A stretch of DNA of 64,000 nt from Candidatus Helarchaeota archaeon (GTDB lineage: Archaea > Asgardarchaeota > Lokiarchaeia > Helarchaeales > RDOG01): positions 1,293,910 to 1,357,909 of the forward strand of contig JAHPZH010000002.1 in assembly GCA_019058315.1 (NCBI GenBank), read 5' to 3'. A program made the position numbers and the translations under genes. Positions 19,787-28,428 of the stretch are shown piece by piece. The notes under the pieces are model-generated. The model did no database searches and was not told the DNA's origin. It worked only from the letters and a program-made list of their open reading frames with translations. Positions within the stretch are counted from its first letter, which is position 1. Every line of letters begins with the position of its first letter.

Positions 19787-20611
19787 TTAATCAATACTAT
19801 ATTTCCAATTCATATGTTTCCCATTGTGACTTATTCCATACTCACCATTTTTTGTTAAAATAATTATTCCTGCAACACTTTGAGTTGTGTTTTTAAAATA
19901 ATCAATTGAACGATTAGCTGCTTCTTGAGCACTGTATCCTTGTTCAACTTGAAATATTGCATATCTTGCAAGAGTTGTTTTGATGATATCCTCGCCAATA
20001 CCAGTGCAAGAAGCTCCCCCAAACTGATTTGCGTATATACCTGCTCCAATCATCGGACAATCTCCAATACGGCCTGCTAAAGCTTTAAATAATCCTCCAG
20101 TAGATGTTCCAGTAGTAAGTTTTCCATTTTGATCTAAAACCACAGCTCCAACTGTATTTCCAATAAATTTATTAGTTGTTGATTGACCTTTAACATCTGA
20201 ATTTTTTTTTGAGATTTCAGGAATTTTATATTTTCTCCCAAACTCTCTGGCGTAATCTCCAATTAAACAAATACTATTTGTCGTATCTATTATTTTCCTC
20301 GCAATTGAAATTGGAAATTTAATATCAGAAACACCTGCCACCGCTCCACAGCGCAAATCCGAACTCATTATTCCAGCATCCATTCTTTGTCTACCATCAC
20401 TCTGTACGACAGATCCAATACCTGCATTAAAAAGACCAGAAGATTCCATGATGTTGATAATTTTCTCTACCACATCTAAAGCATCCTCCCCACCTCTTAA
20501 CATATTTAAACCAGTTTCTGAAATCTTTTCAATTAATTTTTGTCTAACTTTTTCTATATCTTTTTTAATTATTCGAGAACCGACTCCAGTATGAAGAATT
20601 AACGCTACCAT
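19787..20611 (-). CDS. iaaA: Isoaspartyl peptidase / L-asparaginase (Ntn hydrolase)
   Basis: FNAGIGS, MDAGIM, NTVGAV (Thr nucleophile), TSTGG, GRIGD, TGIGE. Confidence 0.92.
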   Translation of the reverse strand: MVALILHTGVGSRIIKKDIEKVRQKLIEKISETGLNMLRGGEDALDVVEKIINIMESSGLFNAGIGSVVQSDGRQRMDAGIMSSDLRCGAVAGVSDIKFPISIARKIIDTTNSICLIGDYAREFGRKYKIPEISKKNSDVKGQSTTNKFIGNTVGAVVLDQNGKLTTGTSTGGLFKALAGRIGDCPMIGAGIYANQFGGASCTGIGEDIIKTTLARYAIFQVEQGYSAQEAANRSIDYFKNTTQSVAGIIILTKNGEYGISHNGKHMNWKYSID

Positions 20612-20704
20612 TTTAAATCACCATGCAAAATAAACAAATTAATAAAACTAATCACGTTTGTAAATTTTTAAATTGTAATTATTTTAAAAAGATGGTTATT
20701 TTTT

Positions 20705-22138
20705 ATGAAAAATATTAAAGAAGTCTTAAAACCATTCTTTTATCCAAAAAATGTAGCGGTAATCGGAGCTTCAACTAAACCATTTAAATTTGGTAACTGG
20801 TTCTTAAAGGCACTTATTGGCTTCGGATATAAAGGAAAAATTTACCCCATAAATCCTCATGGAATTGATATATATGGTCTAAAAAGTTTTAAAAAATTGA
20901 ATGATGTTCCTGAACCAGTTGATCTAGTTTATATTACTGTACCTGCTAGCAAGACTCTAGACAGCTTCATTGAATGTGTTGAGGAGAAAATTAAAGCTGT
21001 GATAATTTTAACTGCAGGTTTTAAAGAAACTGGAGATCCAAATTCCATTAAAGTAGAAAACGAACTTTCCCGATTGGCACAGGAATCAGATACACGAATT
21101 ATAGGACCCAATTGTTTTGGAGTTTATTGCCCTGAAGGAGGTTTAACTTTACTTCCCGGAGAAGAATTCTCCAAAGAGACGGGAAGTGTTGCTTTACTCT
21201 CACAATCTGGTGGAGTGGCAGTAGAATTTACCAGATTAGCACATACTTATGGAATAAATTTTAGTAAAGTCGTAAGTTATGGAAATGCTTGTGATATTTC
21301 TGCTGCAGATCTTATTAATTATTTAGCAGATGATCCTCAAACCAAAATAATTGCTGGTTATTTTGAGGGGATGAAAAATGGGGGTGAATTTTTACAAAGT
21401 GTTAAAAAACTAAAAAAGCCTTTAATATTATGGAAGGGTGGTTTAACTGAAGCAGGAAGTAGAGCTTCTTTCTCTCATACTGGTTATCTAGCTAGTAAAC
21501 CTGGAATTTGGAATGGTATTTACAAACAATTTCCTAATGTTATCAGGTCAGATTCTCTACAAGAAATGTTCGATACATTAATTGCTATGCTAAAACTACC
21601 TTCTCCATCTGGAAGAAATTTAGGGATTATTGGTGGTGGGGGTGCAATTGGTGTAGCATTATCTGATATGGCAAATAGAATGAAGCTGAATGTTCCAAAA
21701 TTACCTCCGGAAGTCAAAACTGAGGTGAAAAAAAATTTACCATTAGATGGGTCTGTTGCTGCTAACCCTGTTGATTTAGGAAACCCAGTTTATAGAACTA
21801 CAACTTCATTTAAGAATATTTTACATATTTTGATTAATGATCCGACAATTAACATTATTGTTAATGACCAAATTTCTTCACATATTGAGAAAAGCGATTT
21901 ACGCTCTTTAAAACGTATTTTAAAGAAATCTAGGCAAGAAAAGAATTTTCCAATAATTGTAGTTTTAAGACAAGTTTCGCAAAGGAAAGATGAATTAGAC
22001 GAGGAAGAAAAACATAGAGATGCGAGAGATTCTTATCTATCCTATGATATTCCAGTTTATGATTCTTTCTTTAGAGCTATGAGAGCTATTAGAAATTATG
22101 TTCAATATTATGAAAAAAATAAGAACATTTCAAAATAA
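20705..22138 (+). CDS. acdA: Acyl/acetyl-CoA synthetase (ADP-forming) alpha subunit
   Basis: VAVIGAS, IIGPNCFG, SQSGG, SHTG phospho-His, NPVDL. Confidence 0.88.
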   Translation: MKNIKEVLKPFFYPKNVAVIGASTKPFKFGNWFLKALIGFGYKGKIYPINPHGIDIYGLKSFKKLNDVPEPVDLVYITVPASKTLDSFIECVEEKIKAVIILTAGFKETGDPNSIKVENELSRLAQESDTRIIGPNCFGVYCPEGGLTLLPGEEFSKETGSVALLSQSGGVAVEFTRLAHTYGINFSKVVSYGNACDISAADLINYLADDPQTKIIAGYFEGMKNGGEFLQSVKKLKKPLILWKGGLTEAGSRASFSHTGYLASKPGIWNGIYKQFPNVIRSDSLQEMFDTLIAMLKLPSPSGRNLGIIGGGGAIGVALSDMANRMKLNVPKLPPEVKTEVKKNLPLDGSVAANPVDLGNPVYRTTTSFKNILHILINDPTINIIVNDQISSHIEKSDLRSLKRILKKSRQEKNFPIIVVLRQVSQRKDELDEEEKHRDARDSYLSYDIPVYDSFFRAMRAIRNYVQYYEKNKNISK

Positions 22139-22265
22139 TTTTAATTCATTTAATCAAAATATAAATATTATTTCCCTAATTGCGTTTTCTTCGTAAATTA
22201 TTTAATAGTTATATAATAAATATTCAAAAATCAACATAAATTTTATAAATATCTGAAAATTTAAT

Positions 22266-23057
22266 TTGCTTATTATTGAATTAATAAAATATGGATCAAG
22301 AAAAATGTCAGATGAGGAAACTAAATCCGATTCCGAGATTTCTAAAAAAGACATTCGTAATGTATTAATTTTTACTATAATTCTTGCGGGGTTAAATTTA
22401 TTATATTTCTTGTATATTGCGGTTGAGTTCACAGCTTTAGATTACGCAGTGATTTTAGGTATTGGAGTTCTTGCAGTTGCACCAGCTTACTTAGCCAATG
22501 CTGGTATGGCACTTGTAGGAGGTGGACGACCTATTGATGGAGGGCATTTATTTTTTGATGGCGAAAGAATATTTGGTAATGGAAAAACAATCAAAGGATT
22601 TCTTGGAGGATTTGCCATTGGAGCAATTGGAGGTTATTGGTTAGCTCTATTAAACCCAATAATAAGAGATTTTGCAGCTGCACAAATTCTACCACCTTTT
22701 CCTTGGGTTCAATCCCTAAAATTAGTCACTCCTGATGAGGTCTTTGCAGTTCTGGGCTACGACTTAATAACGAATTGGGATATTACTTATATTTTTAGAA
22801 TACAATTATTGGCAGTTGGAGCTCCATTAGGAGATCTTGCAGGATCATTTTTAAAAAGAAGATTCAAAGTCAAACGAGGAGGTCAATTCCCAATGTTAGA
22901 TCAAGTTGACTTTGTATTAGTCGCAATTGGCTTAGCATACCCACTATTTTGGCTCCGGCTGCACTATATACTTGTCTTAATTCTACTAACTCCACTAATT
23001 GCTTTGTTAGGAAACTGGGTTGCTTATAAAATAGGTAAAAAAACAGTACCGTGGTAA
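22266..23057 (+). CDS. carS: CDP-archaeol synthase (likely start MSDEE at 22305)
   Basis: PAYLAN, PIDGG...DGERIFGNGKT, GDLAGSFLKRR, LDQVDF motifs. Confidence 0.93.
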   Translation: MLIIELIKYGSRKMSDEETKSDSEISKKDIRNVLIFTIILAGLNLLYFLYIAVEFTALDYAVILGIGVLAVAPAYLANAGMALVGGGRPIDGGHLFFDGERIFGNGKTIKGFLGGFAIGAIGGYWLALLNPIIRDFAAAQILPPFPWVQSLKLVTPDEVFAVLGYDLITNWDITYIFRIQLLAVGAPLGDLAGSFLKRRFKVKRGGQFPMLDQVDFVLVAIGLAYPLFWLRLHYILVLILLTPLIALLGNWVAYKIGKKTVPW

Positions 23058-23157
23058 CTTTTATATTTTATAATTAATTTTGAGAATAAAACTCCAACCT
23101 AGATTAACAATTAAATAAATTGAAAATAATAAATTTCAAAAAAAAGAATAATTGTTG

Positions 23158-24750
23158 TTATTTTACCTCTTGTTTTTTAAGGATAACTAAAAGTACAAAT
23201 CCCCCTATTATAAAAATTACCATTACTACAATAGGTAGAGTCATATTTGTTGGCTTATCTAATTCTAAAAGAAGTAAAAATGATAAATCTAGACCACCGC
23301 CTCCCGAGGGTCTGTAGGTACCATTCACTATACCTTGCACATATATATCATCATTTGCATTTCCAGTTCTCTCATCATGCCATGCAATATATGCACCTCC
23401 AGTTATATTACTGCATATCACAGGGGTTTTTTGATCACCTCCGGCTGTACATACAGGAGCTCCACTTCTGGTCCAATTTATAGAACCATCTGATTTGATC
23501 CATTGAGCAAAAATATTTTCAGTTTGCGTCCAAACAACAAATGCACCACCACCATTATCGCTACAAAGATCAAAATTTTCTTCATATTTAGATGAGTTGC
23601 AAATCGCTGTACCGTTAGATGTCCATAAAACAGTTCCCGCAGAATTTATTCTCTGTGCATAAACATCGTTGGATGTTCCAGACCTGAAATCTCTCCATGC
23701 AATTATTGCACCATTAAAACCATCATGAATTACTTTTGGATAATATTGATTTCCTAATCCTATACATACACCCATTCCATTTGAACCCCACAGTTCTGTC
23801 CCAGCTGAATTTAACCGTTGTACATAAATATCATAAGCACCCGTTCTAGTGTCTTGCCACGTGATTAAAGCACCACCAGCCCCATCGGAAGAAATTCGAG
23901 GGTTGCCTACATTCCCAACCACGGCACAGACAGCTGATCCATTCTGAGCCCATTGTATATCTCCTGTAGAATTAATCCTCTGAGCATAAATGTCAAAATC
24001 AGTTGCTTGGCGTCTCCAAGCTACAATTGCACTATTAACTCCATCAAAACAAATTTGTGGGGAATATTCACTATCATTATGTATGGAGGCAACGGTTTCC
24101 GTTGGCCAAACTAAACCTCCAGTGGAATTTATTCTTTGTACAAATACATCATAATTAGAATTTCGATTATCACGCCATGTAACATATACACCACCAGATC
24201 CATCAGTACAAATTGCATAGTCATAACGACTTATTGTTTCTGGTGCTGCTGCTGTACCATTTGCTTGCCATTGAGCGTGCCCAGTTGAATTAATCCGTTG
24301 CACATAAGGAGTCTGAAATCCACTTCTTGAATCACGCCACAATATGATTGCACCACCTGCTCCATCACTAATAATTTGCTCAATATTTGCATTGTAATCT
24401 AAATTAAAAATAGTTACTCCATCAGTCGTCCAATATATCTGCCCACTTCCATTTATACGTTGAGCATAAATGGCATAACTCGGCCCTCCTCTACCGTCTT
24501 GCCAAGCGATAATTGCTCCACCCACCATATCTGAACATATCTTCGGAAAAAGTTGTTGATTTGCTTCCCCGCAAATTTTCAGACCATTTTTATTCAATAT
24601 TATATACGCACTAACATTTAATGGCATCTTTGAATCTGTATTAGCTTGAATCTGTAATATATTGAAATTCGGAGTAGAATTTAAAGCAATAGAACCGATT
24701 AAGAGAAAAATAGATAAAATTGTAGAGATTAAAATATATTTTTGTTTCAT
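23158..24750 (-). CDS. Membrane-anchored surface protein with 8 diverged beta-propeller-like repeats (paralog of 16438-18402)
   Basis: xSDGAGGAIxxWxDxR...DIYAQRI repeats; signal peptide; C-terminal TM. Confidence 0.85.
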   Translation of the reverse strand: MKQKYILISTILSIFLLIGSIALNSTPNFNILQIQANTDSKMPLNVSAYIILNKNGLKICGEANQQLFPKICSDMVGGAIIAWQDGRGGPSYAIYAQRINGSGQIYWTTDGVTIFNLDYNANIEQIISDGAGGAIILWRDSRSGFQTPYVQRINSTGHAQWQANGTAAAPETISRYDYAICTDGSGGVYVTWRDNRNSNYDVFVQRINSTGGLVWPTETVASIHNDSEYSPQICFDGVNSAIVAWRRQATDFDIYAQRINSTGDIQWAQNGSAVCAVVGNVGNPRISSDGAGGALITWQDTRTGAYDIYVQRLNSAGTELWGSNGMGVCIGLGNQYYPKVIHDGFNGAIIAWRDFRSGTSNDVYAQRINSAGTVLWTSNGTAICNSSKYEENFDLCSDNGGGAFVVWTQTENIFAQWIKSDGSINWTRSGAPVCTAGGDQKTPVICSNITGGAYIAWHDERTGNANDDIYVQGIVNGTYRPSGGGGLDLSFLLLLELDKPTNMTLPIVVMVIFIIGGFVLLVILKKQEVK

Positions 24751-24833
24751 ATGATCAATTCCATTAATAATTATACTCTCTAACTCTAATTTGGATTGAA
24801 ATATTTATTATTAACAATATAATATAAATATTA

Positions 24834-25919
24834 TCATTTTTCAACCTTATTAAAAAAGGATGCTGTTCCCTCCTCAAATTTTTTTAAATATGTTAAATAA
24901 TTTGGGTCGTTAATTTTCTTTGCGACTGATTTCATAGCTTCAAATGCATCTGAATAAAATCCTATTTCACTATCTGCAAGATATACTGCATTCTCATAAC
25001 AAATTTGAGCATTTATTAGTTGATTTTTTTTCTCAAATTGTTTTCCTTCAGTCAGAAAAGTTTCCCAAGAGCCCCAAAAATTTATAGATCCATCTGCAGT
25101 TCCTTTTATTAAATCCCAAAATGGTTTTCCCTTATATGAAGTATCTTTACTGACCACCATTGCGGACACTTTTATAAAATCAGTAATTTGCTTCATATCA
25201 TGGGTAAATCTTCTATGAAAGACTTCATAAGCAGTTTCAACATCTATTCTTTCCACAGCATCGTCCTCAAAAATGATATCATCATCTGGAAGTTTATACA
25301 TTTGATATAATCCCTTATTGAAAAAAGAATATTTAAAAACAAAATCTTTCCATATATTAAGCTTGGGATTTTTTTCTTTTAACTCTAAAAATTCAATTAT
25401 ATAAGAATTTGGTTCAACATACTTATAATATTTCCCTGCTTCTTCTTTCCCAGGGTAAGTATTTTTTATATCGTCCCAATCCAAATTAGATAGTGTCTTT
25501 TCCATCCAATCATAAATTTTTTTATTTTCAAATCTCTTTAGGATTTTTAAAAATTCATCTTTATGCTCTAAAGTGTCAAAGAAACTTCCTTGTCCAATGC
25601 CTTCAACTAAATCATGAACTAAGTAAACAGGTAACCATCTTTTTATTGATGATGCTATTACTTCTATTTCGCTTTGTTCCTCGTTATATATTGCTATTGG
25701 ATATTCTTCAACCTTCATGTTGGGCAGAGGACATAGCACCAGAAAATCATGTCCCGTACTTCCAATTTCGTACATCGCCATGACACCAAAATTAGTGGCA
25801 AAATGATCCTTATTACAACAAACAAACTCATGATCCCAGGTCAAATCTAAACCAAAACCATCTAAATCTGGAATTAATTTACCATAATTTTTATCAAAAT
25901 TATCGAGATTATTACTCAT
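24834..25919 (-). CDS. Hypothetical protein (possible SUKH/SMI1-like N-terminal domain, TPR-like C-terminus)
   Basis: Long ORF; YPIAIYNEE...VIASSIKRWL resembles the SUKH tail motif (weak). Confidence 0.6.
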   Translation of the reverse strand: MSNNLDNFDKNYGKLIPDLDGFGLDLTWDHEFVCCNKDHFATNFGVMAMYEIGSTGHDFLVLCPLPNMKVEEYPIAIYNEEQSEIEVIASSIKRWLPVYLVHDLVEGIGQGSFFDTLEHKDEFLKILKRFENKKIYDWMEKTLSNLDWDDIKNTYPGKEEAGKYYKYVEPNSYIIEFLELKEKNPKLNIWKDFVFKYSFFNKGLYQMYKLPDDDIIFEDDAVERIDVETAYEVFHRRFTHDMKQITDFIKVSAMVVSKDTSYKGKPFWDLIKGTADGSINFWGSWETFLTEGKQFEKKNQLINAQICYENAVYLADSEIGFYSDAFEAMKSVAKKINDPNYLTYLKKFEEGTASFFNKVEK

Positions 25920-26029
25920 CTTAATTCTTCCAATAAACTAATTGATTTTAATAAATAATTACTTTTAATCTGATTACAATTAGAGAGTGTTAGATAATTA
26001 TTTCTATGAGTAATTTTATTCTTAATATC

Positions 26030-26800
26030 TTATTGGGTTTGAATTAATTGATGTAATTCTGGTAAAAATATGTCACTTTTTTGAGGTTCTGAAAGTTTTT
26101 CAGTTATAGAAGAAATCTTTCTTCCAGGAATGCTTATTTCCAGTGGAAAATCTTCTTTTCTTATTTCCCCTGAACAAATATATCCAAATTTAAATGTATT
26201 TTTAGCCAATTCTGGTATAATTTTCCAAATTTGATAAATATTTTTATCTTTAGTTTCCAAAGTTGTTTGTATTGATTTTGGCATCTTTTTAATAATTTTC
26301 AAATCTTTAGGAATTAATTCTTTAATAAAAAGTTCTGAAACCGATTTATAAAATTTTAAGTAAAAACTAACGATTTTTTCGTTTTTTTCTATATTAGGTT
26401 CAACAATCTTTACTATATCCACTATAGGTTTATTTTTATTCTTAGCTTTAACTGAAACTTTATTAAGTATGTAATAATTAGGTTCAATTTCGATTTTTGG
26501 CACTACAACCGGTTTGGGTATTGGTTTTATTTTGTTCTCTTTTCTTTTAACCTTTTTTACTTTTACAGGTTTAATTTTTTCGGGTTTTACCTTTTTTACT
26601 TTGATTTTAGTAGGTTTTATTTTAAATGTTTTTTTTAATCTCAAAGCTTTCCAAATTCGTTTATATGCAGCAAATGTAGATTTGGTAATGTAATGCTTAT
26701 TTGATTCGTTGAATTCTTTAGCATTCTTATAATCAAATGGATCTATCTTATCTATAACAAACCATCTTTTTTCATAATTTGATCTAGTCTTCCTATTCAT
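26030..26800 (-). CDS. Protein with Lys-rich linker and C-terminal 'FGYICSGE' beta-sandwich domain
   Basis: C-terminal ~150 aa homologous to the C-termini of 26820-28385 and 36888-42599. Confidence 0.85.
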   Translation of the reverse strand: MNRKTRSNYEKRWFVIDKIDPFDYKNAKEFNESNKHYITKSTFAAYKRIWKALRLKKTFKIKPTKIKVKKVKPEKIKPVKVKKVKRKENKIKPIPKPVVVPKIEIEPNYYILNKVSVKAKNKNKPIVDIVKIVEPNIEKNEKIVSFYLKFYKSVSELFIKELIPKDLKIIKKMPKSIQTTLETKDKNIYQIWKIIPELAKNTFKFGYICSGEIRKEDFPLEISIPGRKISSITEKLSEPQKSDIFLPELHQLIQTQ

Positions 26801-26819
26801 GTCTTATATCCTGCAATAT

Positions 26820-28385
26820 TCATTTAAATCTTCTATTTTTTTGTAAAAAGTAATGAAGTTCGGGAAGAAAAAAGGTTCGTTTTTCCATTTGCGGAGAACT
26901 TTCATTTTTTAAATCAATTTTCAATTCTGGAATGTGTAATTCAATAGGAAATTCATTAATCACGGTCTCCCCAGAACAAATATAACCAAATTCAAATTGA
27001 TTTTTATGAATTTTAGGAACGATTTTCCAAACTTGTATGATATTATCATCTATAATTTCTAAAGATTTTTCGATTGAATCGGGATATTGCATGGTTACAT
27101 TAACATTATTTGGAATTTTCTCCTTAATATAAATTTCTTTAATTTTATCGTTAAGTTTTATGTAGAAACTTATTAGAAACTCGTAAAATTGAATATTAGG
27201 TTCTGTTATTCTAACTATTTCCAATATTGGAACGTCTTGTGATTCTGCCTTTAATATGAATTTATTTAAAACATAAAATTCGTGCTCTGACAGCAAATAG
27301 GTGTGTTTTAGGCTTTTTCCAATTTCTAGTGGAGAATATGTCCATTTAATTAGTTGATCTAACTCCATTTTTTGTAAATTTAGACCATAAGGATCTGTTG
27401 GTCTCGCTTCGAGTAAATTAAATGTTTTAGGAATTTGATCTTCTATAATTAAATTATCAATTATTTCTTGAATGTTTGAAAAACTGTCAGATGCTGTATA
27501 GTTTTTTTCAAAAGGAATAATATTAAAATAAGTATTCAAGATATTAACAGCATCTCCGATATTCATCAATATTGTTCTAGATATTCTTCTTTCTAAATTT
27601 AGTTTAATTTTTGCTTCTTGCTTAATTTGGATTTCTGGAATTACCCAACTTAATTGTAGACCGTCATCAAGAAGTTTTTTTGCAGGATCGATGGTTTTAA
27701 ATCCTATAGTTTCATAATTTTTTACTTTATATCCATAAGGAACTATGTTATTAACCATCACATCTTTTAATGGAACATCTAATGGGTTTTCAAATGAAAC
27801 TGTACAAGAATATTTTTTTACATCTTTTTCTTGCCTTTCAATCTCATTTTCAGTTTCAAACGTGTGCATTTTATTATCTTGATCAAAATAAAATATCGAA
27901 CTTTTAATTTTAGTAGGGATTTCTTCTATTAAATTGTCGATTTCCTCCGAAAGAAACTCAGTTCTATTTGTAGCAGGAAGGTCTAAATCGATTTTTCGTA
28001 TTTTTGCTTTAACATCAGGATCTTTAATATCTAAAGTTTTTGCAAGAAATGCCTCTTCCTCTGCCTTATCTATTTTATTATATATAGCATTAAGTATCGT
28101 TTGATAGTCGAAATCAGGGTATCCAAGCCATTCTAAATAATCTGATAACCATGTAGCCATTTTGCGTGGATAAATATCCAATTTCGCTTCATTTTGCCAA
28201 AAATCAGCAATATGATCTATTAACGCCTCAAAACTATTTACAATTATTTCATTGGTTTTTCTTTTTGAAATATAGTACTCAATTCTAACAAAAATAACTT
28301 CTAACTTTTCTATGGTTTCTAGTAATTCAAGTCGAATTCCATAAGTAATAGACCCTAATAGGTTCTTAATTTGCCATTTAGACAT
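26820..28385 (-). CDS. Cytoplasmic protein with helical N-terminus and three Ig-like/DUF11-like beta-sandwiches, the last being the 'FGYICSGE' domain
   Basis: Repeated (N/D/E)xI/VP...LxWxIxxL/I patterns; no signal peptide. Confidence 0.8.
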   Translation of the reverse strand: MSKWQIKNLLGSITYGIRLELLETIEKLEVIFVRIEYYISKRKTNEIIVNSFEALIDHIADFWQNEAKLDIYPRKMATWLSDYLEWLGYPDFDYQTILNAIYNKIDKAEEEAFLAKTLDIKDPDVKAKIRKIDLDLPATNRTEFLSEEIDNLIEEIPTKIKSSIFYFDQDNKMHTFETENEIERQEKDVKKYSCTVSFENPLDVPLKDVMVNNIVPYGYKVKNYETIGFKTIDPAKKLLDDGLQLSWVIPEIQIKQEAKIKLNLERRISRTILMNIGDAVNILNTYFNIIPFEKNYTASDSFSNIQEIIDNLIIEDQIPKTFNLLEARPTDPYGLNLQKMELDQLIKWTYSPLEIGKSLKHTYLLSEHEFYVLNKFILKAESQDVPILEIVRITEPNIQFYEFLISFYIKLNDKIKEIYIKEKIPNNVNVTMQYPDSIEKSLEIIDDNIIQVWKIVPKIHKNQFEFGYICSGETVINEFPIELHIPELKIDLKNESSPQMEKRTFFLPELHYFLQKNRRFK

Positions 28386-28428
28386 TTTCTACTCCGAGTA
28401 ATTTTAAAAAAATTGAGAATGATTGTTT

